A stretch of 63,674 nt of DNA, counting the filler, from Saprolegnia diclina VS20 (taxonomy: Eukaryota), in assembly GCF_000281045.1 (NCBI RefSeq). It is 6 parts of 5 records of this genome, joined end to end, with 100 filler letters (N's around TTAATTAATTAA, not from the genome) between each part and the next. Parts side by side here need not be neighbours in the genome. Positions count along the whole stretch, not along the records: positions 44,257 to 59,846 come from NW_008246229.1; positions 59,947 to 62,415 come from NW_008246231.1; 4 more parts are not named here. One strand, given 5' to 3'. The translations under genes and the position numbers were made by a program. The notes beneath the pieces were generated by a model, which did not search any database, was not told the origin of the DNA, and worked only from the letters and a program-made list of their open reading frames with translations. This document shows, piece by piece, positions 48,443-59,988 of this stretch; within the stretch, counting starts at the first letter, position 1; every line of letters begins with the position of its first letter.

Positions 48443-51400
48443 ATGGAGGTCAAGTACGAGGAGCCGGCGAAGAAGCCGGGGTTCATGATCATGGGCTATG
48501 GGGTCGACTTCCCGGAAGGTAAGACGCCGTTCCCGTCCCAGCTCGCGGTCATGAGCAAGGTGCTCTTGGCGCTCAAGAAGCAGCAGAACGCGCTGCTCGA
48601 GAGCCCGACCGGGTCCGGAAAGACGCTCGCGCTCCTCTGCTCGTCGCTCGCGTGGCAGCGCCAGCACATGCTCGACCTCCGCGAGGCCGAGAACAAGCGC
48701 ATCAACGAAGAGGTCCAGCGCAAGCTCGAAGCGCCGGCGCCAGTGGCGTCGCCCGCCGACCTCGATTCGAGCGTTGCCAGCATTGACGACGATTTTGCAC
48801 CCGTCTCGTTCTCGCAGTTCCAGTTCGACAAGAAGCGGCAGCTGCCCGACTCGCTTGTGGCGTACGCGACGACGCCATCAGCGACTGCATCGACGCCCGC
48901 GTCGATGACCGCCGACATCCCGGCCGTGGCCAAGGAGAAGATTCCGACCATCTACTTTTGCTCGCGGACGCACTCGCAAATCTCGCAGGTTCTGCTTCCA
49001 CCATGGAACGATCGCTACACGACTGGCGTGTAGGTCGTCCAAGAGCTCCGACGCTGCCCCCACGCCGACAAGGTCAAGATGGTCGTGCTTGGCTCCAAGA
49101 AGCACTACTGCGTGAATCCGGCCGTGCGCAACCTCGACCCTGGCAAGATCAACGACGAGTGCTCCAAGAAGCGCGAAGAAAACAGCTGCAAGTTTGTCAA
49201 AAAGGTACTTTGATTTCTGCATTTCGATAATCGGATGCACTCTTTGTGAATGGTTCTAGCTCAAGACGCAAAACGAGATGAGAAAGGTCGTACCGCCTGT
49301 GTGGGACATTGAAGAGCTCGTCGAGGTCGGCGAAGAGCTGCGCGAGTGCCCGTACTACTACACGCACGCTGCAGTCGAGCAAGCGACGCTGGGTACACCT
49401 CGCATTCCATTTCGTCTTCTTACGAAGATCAACAGTGTTTTGCCCGTACAACTACATTATGGACCCTACGATCCGTGCGGCGGTCAAGATCGACCTCAAG
49501 AGCGCGATTGTGATTCTCGACGAAGCGCACAATATTGAGGACGTGTGCCGGTCGTCCGCGAGCATGGAGCTGACGTACGACCAGCTCGAAGACGCATCCA
49601 AGTCGTTTGAGATCACGATTAAGGCCCAAGTGATGAAGAGTCCCTCGTACTTGACGCTGCTCAGGATTCTCAACGGCTGGAAGCGCTGGCTCGGTTACGT
49701 CGATCGCGAAAGGATGCTTCGCCCGAACGGGTAGGCAAATCCACGCCTATTTCTCGTCATTTAATGTATGTAGGTACGAGACCGAGTCGCAAAAATGGTC
49801 TGGCGCCGATGCGATGGCTATACTCGGTGATTACTGCGGTGTGACAGCTGCCAACATTAAAGACACGATCGAGATTTACCACACTGGTACTCGTTGTCCA
49901 TCATACCAGTACTCATACGAGTCTAGTCGCGACCGAAGAGCGCACGAACGACGACGACCCCGGCAACACGGCCGAAGCCGCCTCGCAGACCAAACAAAAG
50001 GGAGGTACGTTGATTGTGTTTTCTTTCTTTTCTTTTTGATGATTGATGCTGATCGTGCTACGTAGTCAAGCTCACATCTGTCGCGCTTCTCAGCGTGCTT
50101 TCGGTCCTCACGGTTGCCAATTTTTTGTTCCGCGACGACCATGTCGACGACTACAAGCTCGTGGCCATCAAGTCCCGCCCGTTTGGCGGTGCGTCATCCT
50201 CTTGCAGTCTACCGAGCCCAATGCGACGTCTTGGATGTTGTAGGCGGCAAGAAAGCGGCCCAGATGCAGCTCAAGGTCTGCCTCTGGTGCCTTCACGCCG
50301 GCGTGGCCTTTTCTGAGATCACGTCACAGGTCTATTCTTCTACACAGTGCTTCTCCAAGTCTTATCATTGGCTGACGATAGGTGCGCAGCGTCGTCTTGA
50401 CGTCGGGCACGCTCAGCCCTATGACGAGCTTTGCGGGCGAGCTCGGGACCAAGTTTCCCATCACGCTCGAGGCCAACCACGTTGTCGACATGCGCAAACA
50501 AGTGTTCCTGGGCGCGGTACGCTCGCCATCTTGGGGGAAGACTGGCAAAATGGGTGTTTTTAGATCATGACGGGACACAACCGTGTGGATCTCAGCGCGT
50601 CGTACTCCAACCAGCAAGACCTCGCGTACCAAGATGCGATTGGGCAACTCGTGCTGCGGTAGGTCGAGCGTATGGTTTTGGACCCAACTTGACCTCTTGC
50701 AACTAGCTATAGCGCGATCATTCCGGGCGGCATCCTCGTTTTCCTGCCTTCGTACCGGCTCATGACGCAGCTGCACGCGCGCTGGGAGCAAACTGGCCTT
50801 CTCGACGACATTGCGCAGCACAAGCAAGTGTTTACAGAGCCTCGGAGCGCAGGCAAGGACTTTGACGACCTCCTCGAAGAGTACAAGAATGTGATCACAA
50901 AGTACCGCGCGCCGAGCAAAACCGACGCCGCGTTGGCCACCGTCGACTTGTCCAGCGACGGCAACGACGAGAAGCCCAGCACCGAGTCCGTCGTGTCTCT
51001 CCTGCAAGCGAATTGCTCATACAAGTGCGTAGGACCAAGACGGGCGCCGTGTTTATGGCCGTGTACCGCGGCAAGGTCAGCGAAGGCATTGATTTCTCCA
51101 ACGACAATGCGCGGGCCGTGCTTGCGATTGGCATTCCGTTTCCCAACATCAAGGAGCAGCAAGTGGCGCTGAAACAAGTACATGTCCCTACGATCTTATT
51201 GCAACTCACACTCGTTTGCAGGAGTATCAAAACATGAAGTCGGTGTCCAACAAAGAGCTCTCGAACGGCCGCGTGTGGTACGAACACCAAGCGTTCCGCG
51301 CGCTCAACCAAGCACTCGGTCGGTGCATTCGGCATCGGCTCGACTATGGCGCGATCCTTCTCGTGGATTCACGCCACCGGTATCTCACGCGTCGTCTATC

Positions 51401-51765
51401 GACACGCAACTTATCGTTTATGTAGGTCCGGGCGGTATGCGAACCAGCTCTCCAAGTGGACACGAGGGCATTTGCTCGAGTACGAGCACGCCGAGTTTGC
51501 CGTGCAGGACGTCAAGGACTTTTTCGCGCGTGTGACGACCGATCCGTCACTCGAAGTGCCGATCGAGGCGCCCAAGCCCGCCAAGGCCAAGAAGAAGACA
51601 AACGCGCGCGCCACCAAAGGTCGCAAGGCGGCGTCCTCGTCATCCTCCGGGTGGTACTCGAAGAAGCCCAAGACAGAGCCGTCGTCCTCGAGTGGCTACG
51701 CGTCGAGCTTTGTCGCACCCGGCTCGATCGGCAGCTGGATGGCCAACCACGCGACAAACGACTAA
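48443..51765 (+). CDS. FANCJ: Fe-S DEAH DNA helicase FANCJ/BRIP1 (XPD family); many introns
   Basis: [42 protein letters not shown], Fe-S cysteines (YCVN..DEC..SC..CPYY), [58 protein letters not shown]. Confidence 0.9.
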
Positions 51766-51839
51766 GTCGAGGCCATTGCGCACGTGATAGGCGACACAGT
51801 AGCTGTCCGGTTTAGATATTAGATGAAAGAATGTGGAAC

Positions 51840-53985
51840 TCAAGGGCGGTACACGACGCCGAGCATGACCCACGCACCGACAATGCGCTCGGGGTAGCTG
51901 TAGACGCGAATGGCCAAGCCGAACTGGGCCGGGCGCGCGTGGGTTTGAAGCAGCGCCTTGGCCGTCGCGTCGTGGAGTAGCTTGTGCACAATCATTTCGC
52001 TGGAGAGCGTAGGCGCGCTCGAGACAAAGATTGGGCAGCCTTGGAACGTCGAACCTTCGGGCACGTAGCGCTTGATGCTCATCTTGGAAGCACATATTAG
52101 ATGATCAGATCAGAACGTAGAGACGACGGTACCTCAAAGTGGTTGTTTTCTAAGTTGCCAATGCCGTACGTGCGCTCGAGCTCATATGAGGTGAGCGCAG
52201 GTCGGAGGTAGTGACTCAGCGTCGACGTCCACTGCGTGGTGTAGCCGTAGCCGCGGCGGACGTCTGCGAGCTGGTTCTGCACGGCTGCTTCGAGGGCGGC
52301 GCCGTCCGGCTCGGGGCTTGGCGGCACCAAACCGAGAGGGCACTCGCGCTGTAGCTGCTGAAGCAAACTCGACTCCATGCTCTTCCAGTGCTTGGTCTCA
52401 TGAAAGTCGAGGTGCATCGCTTTGAGAGGCAGATTCGATTCGATATTTTGGCGGCTCACAAAGAAGGCGCGGTCGTTGAAGACGCAATCAATGCGGGCGT
52501 ACGGATGAGGCTCGTGCCACGGGTAGCGCACGCCCGTGACGGCTTCCCAGAGCACCACTCTACGAGCAAGCTCCTCAACAAACGGTCGAGCCGGCGAACG
52601 TACCCTGCTTTTTCTTTCAAAAGTACCCACGTGTGCGGGACGAGCTCATCTTTCTGCTGGAGCGCACCCATGACCACGTACGCATCTAGGCCAAAACCGA
52701 GCAAGAGCGATGCAAGCAGTAGCTACGTCCACCATCAGCATCAATGCCGAACAATCGAGGTGACAGTAAAGGTCGCACCGCGTGCTCTTCGCAGTCGCCT
52801 CGGCCGATTGCGAGGAAGGCAGGGAGCGACTTCCACCCGTCCTGTCGGTGCCCGCCGCCAATGGCCACGGCGCGCACGAATGGAATGAGACTCACGAACC
52901 GCGCGGCTTCGGTCGGTGTCGCAATGCACCGGCTTTGCAGCGGCACGATGTAGGTGCACACCTGTATAGCTCGAAATAAACAGCCCGAAAAAATGGCGCG
53001 TGGCGAGAGTTGAAGTGAGTACCATGCGATGGCGATGGGTTTCATCTTCGGTGAAGATCCGTACGGCGCGTGCCTTTGTCGACTGGAGCAGCGTCACCTC
53101 TTCCCACCACTGCTTGGCGTACTGATAGAACGTCGTGTGCACTGCGTTTGTGGTCAATAGCTCTTTTTGCAGAAGCTGGGCCACGTCACGGGCAACTGCG
53201 GTGCTTTTCCGGAACCCGAGGAGATCCAGTCGCACATCAAGGAGCCCGATCGGTATCTTGAGCGGGCCTTGGAGCTGCAGCGGAAAGTGCGCGGTCGCAT
53301 GGGTGCAACTCATGACCCGGCGCCAGTCGACGCGGGCAGCGGCGACAAATTCGACCGCGCCTGTCGCCTACACCCGACAAAACCAGATGCTACATCAGCG
53401 GAGGTGCATGATATGCACTATCAATGCGACGTAATGCAGTACCTGCGAAACCTTGAGGAGCGTGAACTGCACCGGATCGCGCAGCCGGCACAAAGCCTCC
53501 CATTTCGAAAGCACCTCGAGTGTCGAGGACGGTGTCGGTGCTGGTAGCGGGATGTGGAACGTCTCGTCAAACGCTGGCTCAGGAACGCAGTCGACAACCC
53601 GCGACTGGAACCGGTGGCCAAGAAAAGCCACTTCGACCCGGAACCCACACCGGTGGCTTTCCGGGTTCGTCACGCACTCGACAAAGGCCCGGCCGCCGAG
53701 AAGCCGGAGTTGCAGCGTCGGTGCAGGTGCCTCCGGTGCCGCTAATTCTGGTTCTGGCGTCGGGGATACCGTGGTCGGCGCCGCACTTGTTTTCAAGGAC
53801 CCAATAAGCTGCTGCACAAGGTCGCTTTCCAGGATGCCGTTGACGACCGTGTCCGTGTCGGTGGGGGCATTTGGGGCCGTGGCCTGAATGAGGTTTCGAA
53901 GCTGCGCGTACACGCCTTCGTCGCGCAACTTGGTGTCAATCAGCGTTCGCAGTGCCACGATCTTATCCATGTTCATGGCCTCCAT
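51840..53985 (-). CDS. CEP76: Centrosomal protein CEP76 (C2 plus transglutaminase-like domain); several introns
   Basis: LQLRLLGGRAFV..CVPEPAFDE C2 domain; TPTEAARFVSLIPF, GDCEEHA, LLGFGLDAYV, HTWV, WEAVTG.RY, VPEGSTFQGCPI, VYSYPE...AWVMLG. Confidence 0.9.
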
Positions 53986-54112
53986 GGCGGTCGTTGGCAC
54001 TCTGTCGGTTTTGCGTTTCGGTGCAGCTTTTCACTCGAATGGGTGCTTGCATCACGAAATGGGTGCGCCTTTGTGATGGATATGTGTCAATCACCACTCT
54101 GTCGAGGATCAG

Positions 54113-55489
54113 ATGAGTCTGCCGGCAGCTGCTGGTATCACGCTCGCGTGGTTCCTTGCGTTCGGACCGACGTCCGCGTCTTTTGATTCGAGTGGTAGGT
54201 TCGGTGAACCTCGTCCTTCTTCCATTCGCGGCGGCGGTTCAAGCACACTGGTTCAAGCATGTGGCAACGACGAGAACGTTATGACTCGCTGCATGGACGG
54301 TCGTCCCACAGAGTGGTATCGTCTCGTAGCCGTGGAGTCATCCGATTCCTACACAGTGGGCATTGCGTAGCACAAACTCTGCAACTGCGCGTGCCACCTA
54401 TGATTCCTCCAGGCACGTTTGCGGACGTTGATGCAGCACAGGTGTCAACATTTGCCTCTATCATACCACGGGCGCGGCGCGTCATGGCGCGATCCCAGCG
54501 ACAGCCTCGCGTTTCGCTGCTTTGCGACGAGATCCAGAGGACGATAGGACCGCTATTCCATGCGAATGCTACCGTACGCTCGTAGACGCCATGAAGGCGA
54601 CGTCACTCAGGAGCAGGTGGCGGAAGCTTCTTCTGCCGTTGGTGCAGCGACGAGGCTCTCTTTCGAAGCGTGGGACCTGGCTCATAAGGCGGTTTCGACA
54701 GAAAGGGCCGATCTTTTATTATTTCGAGGAGCCAATCCGATCGGCGAGATAAAGACATCTGTCCCACCGGGACCGAGTGGGTTTCGGAGCGCATTTCAGA
54801 TTTTGGTCCCGATGCGCCAGACGTACCAATTCGACTCGCTGACCTGGCGGCCGTGCCGCGCACACGCGTGCGGACGGTTCGCCAAGGTCCTCGGTCTTTG
54901 CCTTGGCCACGCCGACCACCCGCCATCGTCCGCCACGATCGCTGCGCTCAAGCAGTCGCCTACGACCAGTGGCGCCACCGACGCGCTGCGCCAGCCCACA
55001 GTCACGACGTCCGGACGCATCTGCAGGGCGCAAATGTGCTCGAAAACCGCAAAGTCGGGCGGCTACTGCATCGCGCATGGCGGCGGGAAGCGGTGCGGCC
55101 ACACTGCGTGCTCCAAGTCTGCCAAGGAAGGCGGGTTTTGCATTGCCCACGGAGGCGGAAAGCGCTGTTCCCTTCTCGGATGCTCGAAATCGGCGCTCGC
55201 GGGCGGCTATTGCGTCAGCCACGGCGGCGGGAAGCGCTGCAGTGTCCCTACTTGCACCAAGTCGGCCGTCTCGAGCGGCGTATGCATTGCGCACGGCGGA
55301 GGCAAGCGTTGCCAACGCCCTGGCTGCGGCAAGAGCGCTGTCGGTGGCTTTCTGTGCGTGTCTCATGGAGGCGGTCCGCGCTGTGTCTACGCAGGCTGCA
55401 ACAAAGGCGCCGTGAGCTGCGGCATGTGCATCAAGCACGGTGGCGGCCGGCGACTACCTGCCCGCCCGACGGCTCAGGTGTCGAGCTGA
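54113..55489 (+). CDS. WRKY19-like Cys/His-rich HGGG zinc-finger repeat protein (5' exons uncertain)
   Basis: Six 24-aa repeats C-x4-C-x9-C-x2-HGGG at about 55020-55446. Confidence 0.8.
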
Positions 55490-56001
55490 GACGGTGCTGT
55501 GCTAACTTATTTTATATAATTCATCACAAAACATAAAGAAACCAGCATGAAACGGTTAAAACGCTATTACCAGGGAGCTTATATCTTGGTGGAAGCAACG
55601 CTACATATACAGCTATGGAGATGTCGTACCGCGCGCCGAATCGACAGAGAACGTAGCTCACCTCTTGGACTTGCTAAAGGGTAGGTAGCCGATCACGACA
55701 GCGAGACAGTCCCATGCTTCTAGGAGAAGATACGAGACTCGTGGCTGGGGCGAGGTGATCCTGCATGCGCTCCTTCACAAGGTTGGAGGGTCCTTTCCGG
55801 ATAACAGTGATGGGGCAGTGTGCGTAATCACGTTTTTCGAGATTGCCGACAAACCTTCCGTTCGAAGGTTTTGGAAAGGGTCGTGAAATGGGTTTAACGC
55901 ATGGGTTAAACATCCTTGTTTCGGGCCAAAGTCCTGAATTCTACGCTGAGATTCGGATGCCACATCCTTTTCGGATAGTGAGTGGCTAATATTCGGACTG
56001 T

Positions 56002-56017
56002 GCATTCTCGATTTTGC
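56002..56017 (+). promoter_or_regulatory. INR/FPR core promoter of the SERF gene
   Basis: GCATTCTCGATTTTGC just upstream of the ATG at 56031. Confidence 0.55.
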
Positions 56018-56030
56018 GACCAACAAAGCG

Positions 56031-56272
56031 ATGACCCGTGGCGACCAACGTGACCGCGACCGCGCGGTACGTCTTCGCCTCACAGCGCTTATGCAATGCA
56101 ATGGCTCACGTCCTGCGCATCTCTATAGAAAGCTCAAGCTCGTGCTGCCAAGGCTGGCGGCGCCGGTGGCCGCAAGGACGACTTGACGCCGCTCCAGCGC
56201 CGCGAGGCCGACAAGAAGGCGCTCGAGGAGAAGATTGCCAAGAAGAAGGCGGCGAAAGAAGGTTCCTCGTAG
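56031..56272 (+). CDS. SERF: Small EDRK-rich factor (SERF/4F5/MOAG-4 family), 59 aa; exons 56031-56066 and 56129-56272
   Basis: Spliced MTRGDQRDRDRA|KAQARAAKAGGAGGRKDDLTPLQRREADKKALEEKIAKKKAAKEGSS*; MTRG.QR start and LT..QRRE.D motif; GT..AG intron. Confidence 0.85.
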
Positions 56273-56349
56273 CCCCCACGCGCTGTATAGCCCATATCAA
56301 CGTGAATGTTGAGTTTACCTTATTACGCGACGCGTCCTCTTGGCCATTC

Positions 56350-57652
56350 ATTGTCGCCGTTTCAAAGTAGCCGTGTCTATGGACGACGGTGCTGCCACAA
56401 CCGTGCAACGCATACCATCCAAAGAGCGTGCGACGATCGATCGAGACAGTAGATTGCCGACATACCACCAAGTAGCAAGTGGGTCTATCTCTTTGTCGAC
56501 CAAGTGCTGGCGCCGACTTGAACACAGTCCGCACTAGTAGGACGAATGCTAAAGCACTGGGTTCGTCTTTGCCAACTTCATGCAGCGCAATACTACGAAC
56601 GGAATGCACCACGCTACGACGTCGACTGGATTCGAAATATTTAGAGTCCACGCTGCAATTAGGTTGTCGCGAGGTTGGGTTTGGACGGCGCGTTGAGCAG
56701 TTTGGTGGCCACGGGGGCGTAGATGCCCGATAGAATTTGCAGTATCCACTGCGTGTGCACGGTAAGACGTTCGTCTTTGACTTGGATGGCTGCGGGGACA
56801 GCGTCGAGCTTGGCTTCGCAGCGCAAGATGGCGCGGGCTTGGGTTACCGTATCCGACACCCGATCAAAAACGAGCCTACCCCACTCTAGTCGACGGCATG
56901 ACACAGAGACATATAGGTACCATCCCGAGAGACAGAGGAGGCGACGCTGGTCAATCGTGTACAATTCGTCATTCGTGATGCTTTGCAGCACAAGAATGAC
57001 GCGGTTGTCGCGGATGTAGCGCCGGTAGAGCACATGCAGGAGAAGTGGCGTCCCCGGCTCCATGCCGTCCGCGACGACGACTTGTGCATAGCCGAGCTGA
57101 ACATCGAGCACCTAGCTTGTGCGTGAGCAGTACTCGTAGCGCAACGGCGACGTCAGTACCGAGTGGCGAGAGAGCAAGACGCCAGGCAAAATGGTCTTGA
57201 AAGTCGGCCACTCGACACTGCTCGCAACGTCGAGCGGCTGCAGCATCGAGCAGCTCAGCACAAAGTCGATCGCAGCGTCGCCGTAAAAAATCTTGGGGTA
57301 CTCGCTTTGCGCTGCATCTAAATACGTCTGCACGCACGAGAGCGCGGCGTCGGTCTTGTTGCGAAGGTTGGTGAGCACCAAGTCGCAGCTGCTCGAGCGC
57401 TGGCTGGGCGACGCGGCCAAGACGACTTGCGTATACCAGTCGGAGCCCAGTACCTGGTGATAGCACCGGCATGGGAAGACGATGCCAACGACGACGACGT
57501 ACAGGAATCACGTTGGGGTTGGCCGGCGTCGAGAAGAGCCGCTGGTACAGCTCCTGCATGCGCTGAAAGTTGAACGACCGGCGGGGATTCGGCGAGCCCT
57601 CGGTCGGAGGCTGGCCTCCCGCTTGTGGCCGCGTTGACGCGCCATTCCCCAT
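56350..57652 (-). CDS. Oomycete START-like (M96-type) hypothetical protein with possible N-myristoylation; several introns; 3' end approximate
   Basis: MGNGAS start; YRRYIRDNRVILVLQSITNDELY..SGW|LVFDRV resembles the oomycete START-like family. Confidence 0.5.
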
Positions 57653-57935
57653 GGCCTTCACCACGGGCGCTAAAAATGGACTTTGTCAAAACGCCCTCCA
57701 TCACGCACCAACCGCAAGCGACTCGGAATGACACAAATGTTGTACCGCAATAATGCACCGGAATTACGCTATTTCCCAACCGAACCGTCTCGTGCCCAGA
57801 GCATGGAAAGCGTAGCGCGTAGCTGGATATTCATACATTCATGGGATTCGAATGCGTGTACATGAAAGAGGCTAAACATACTTCTACTATTCATTTACAC
57901 GTTCAAGTTAAACGACACGCAAGTACGCATTTCAA

Positions 57936-59168
57936 TTAAGCGGCGCTCTCATTGGGTAAGCGATGCAGCGCCTCGTAGTGGTCTTCGGGCGTCGTGAGGT
58001 CGGCGAGTGGCATGCGCGAGAGGTCAGGCATCGACTGCGACGCCAAGAGGCCGACCCACGTCATGATGGTGAAGGGCCACGTGAGCACCGGGAGCGCCAA
58101 AATCGTAAACACCGAGCTCGTCGCGCAGTTGAAGAGGAACGTTGCGCCGACGCAGGCCGTCACCAGCACGAGCGTTCGCCAATGGCGCGGCGCAAGGAAG
58201 AAGCCAGAGAGCGCGATCGCATTCAGTACGGGGTTGTAGCCGTGCAAGCCGAGGAGAAGCCCCGCGCTCGGTGCCTGCATGGCGACGGCGAGTAGCGTCA
58301 CGGCCGTTGACGCGAGGAGCGCAGCGACTGCGCTCATGGGCGAGCAAAGGAAAATACCTAGCAGCATGACGACACCCGGGAACCAGTCGCCGACGAGGAA
58401 GGTCTCGGCAATCCCAGAGAAAACGGCTTGGGCGATCGCAGCCGAGTCGTAGGACGCAGTCGAGAGCGTCGAGTTGAGCACGAGGCGGGGTGCTGGAAAC
58501 GCCATGGTTTGAAGACTCGGGTAGAGCTGCGTCGAGAGCGCGTAGATCCAGATCGACACTTGAAAGGGAAACGTGAGGGTTGGAAGGCCGGGCGGCAGTG
58601 CCGAAGCCGTCGCCGTCGCCAAGAGCACGCTGAGAATTGATAGGAGTACAATGACGAGGCTCGCTACGCCGTACGCATCACCCGTGAAGAACGTGTGCAC
58701 CGCACACCCGACCAGCGTCGCGTTGTACCCGTGGAGACCGGCGGCGCGCAAATTTCGGTCCAGGCCCATGAGGCACGAGAAGGCTGTCGCTGACACAACG
58801 CCGAGCAGTGCAAAGGCAACCATGCGCAGCCCTTGGGTCGACAGGCCGAGCGCGACGAGGAAGAGAAGCCCCGAGAGCGGTGAGTTTTGAAAGTTGCATT
58901 GACCGACACCGCGAAGACACGTATCGAGAAACGCCAGCGCTTGGTGCTTCTCGGTGTAGACGGCCAGTTGTGGCAGCGTTCGAAAGCATGCGACGCTGCC
59001 AAGGAGGGGCAAGGTGCGTCGGACACGCGGTGCGAGAGTCGTTGCAGCGGGGCCTTTGTTCGCGGGCGCCACCTTGGGCGACTCCATTGCGCACCACGGG
59101 TCCATGTCGATGGATGGTAGGGCGGGGGTGAAATGAGGAATAATGGCTGGCCCGTCGCGTGAAGCCAT
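57936..59168 (-). CDS. Urea transporter, UT (SLC14/Utp) family, intronless
   Basis: Two internal repeats: LRGVGQ..FQNSPLSG..GLHGYN..LPTLTFPF and SGIAETFL..GLHGYN..LPVLTWPF; about 10 TM helices. Confidence 0.92.
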   Translation of the reverse strand: MASRDGPAIIPHFTPALPSIDMDPWCAMESPKVAPANKGPAATTLAPRVRRTLPLLGSVACFRTLPQLAVYTEKHQALAFLDTCLRGVGQCNFQNSPLSGLLFLVALGLSTQGLRMVAFALLGVVSATAFSCLMGLDRNLRAAGLHGYNATLVGCAVHTFFTGDAYGVASLVIVLLSILSVLLATATASALPPGLPTLTFPFQVSIWIYALSTQLYPSLQTMAFPAPRLVLNSTLSTASYDSAAIAQAVFSGIAETFLVGDWFPGVVMLLGIFLCSPMSAVAALLASTAVTLLAVAMQAPSAGLLLGLHGYNPVLNAIALSGFFLAPRHWRTLVLVTACVGATFLFNCATSSVFTILALPVLTWPFTIMTWVGLLASQSMPDLSRMPLADLTTPEDHYEALHRLPNESAA

Positions 59169-59846
59169 CTTCCTAGTTGTTGAAGTTTGGGATGCAACGG
59201 TGGAAACAGCTGGAGGAGTCCAACATGGCGAGTCGCATAAGATCGCCCAGCCTCACGAGTACTAATATCGACCGAGAAGACTGTTGCAGGAACGCTTATA
59301 GAAGGTTTAGAAGCGTCACCGTTGTGCCACGTACTTGAAGCAGCAACACTGCACCTGCTGGATCCTGCGGCGAGGCATCGGGATCGTCGCTGTTGTTCGG
59401 CAGCAAAGTGCAACCTCGGTACAGGTCCATGTACTAAGAGCGCATGCCTGACGATGGGGAGCATGGTTGTACGATCAGGGGCGTTAGAGTGCTTCGGGTC
59501 GGCTCTTGCACGGCTAGACTGTTTCGTCGCTGCTCCACCTCGCTTGTGTCGAGTTGCTGTTTTTGCTCGAAGGCACGGGTACCGTGTACTCTACATCTCG
59601 AGGCACCCAGCCACGGAAGATCTAGAATTTTTGCCCCGCTTTTGACTGGCTCGGGGTTGCAATCCGCACCCACCGAGACCCGCGAGACACCCCACGTTTC
59701 CGGCGCTGGGCCATTACATATGGCTCTGATTTGCGGGCCAACATTGCGCTGCAATCACATAGTGTTTGGCGGTGAGGCCTTCTGGACGTTGAAACGGTAC
59801 CCACGGGCAGCTCGTTCACCCACAAGGCACCTTGGAGAACCTTTGC

Positions 59847-59946
59847 NNNNNNNNNNNNNNNNNNNNNNNNNNNNNNNNNNNNNNNNNNNNTTAATTAATT
59901 AANNNNNNNNNNNNNNNNNNNNNNNNNNNNNNNNNNNNNNNNNNNN
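59847..59946. other. Artificial contig-joining spacer
   Basis: N44-TTAATTAATTAA-N44. Confidence 0.95.
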
Positions 59947-59988
59947 CCAATTTTTGCGGTTCGACCTGAATGGCAATCTCACATCAGC

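Noticed and set aside
16326..53985. Ciliary/centriolar gene cluster (thioredoxin light chain, kinesin, IQ protein, CEP76)
   Set aside because: CEP76 is on a different contig, the others are interspersed with housekeeping genes, and ciliary roles are only inferred.
55020..55446. 72-bp periodic repeats as a CRISPR-like array
   Set aside because: They are in-frame degenerate protein repeats (HGGG zinc fingers) with no spacers.
59282..59348. TGTTGC...GCAACA inverted ends as a mini-LTR or MITE
   Set aside because: Only 67 bp, no target-site duplication and no second copy in the window.
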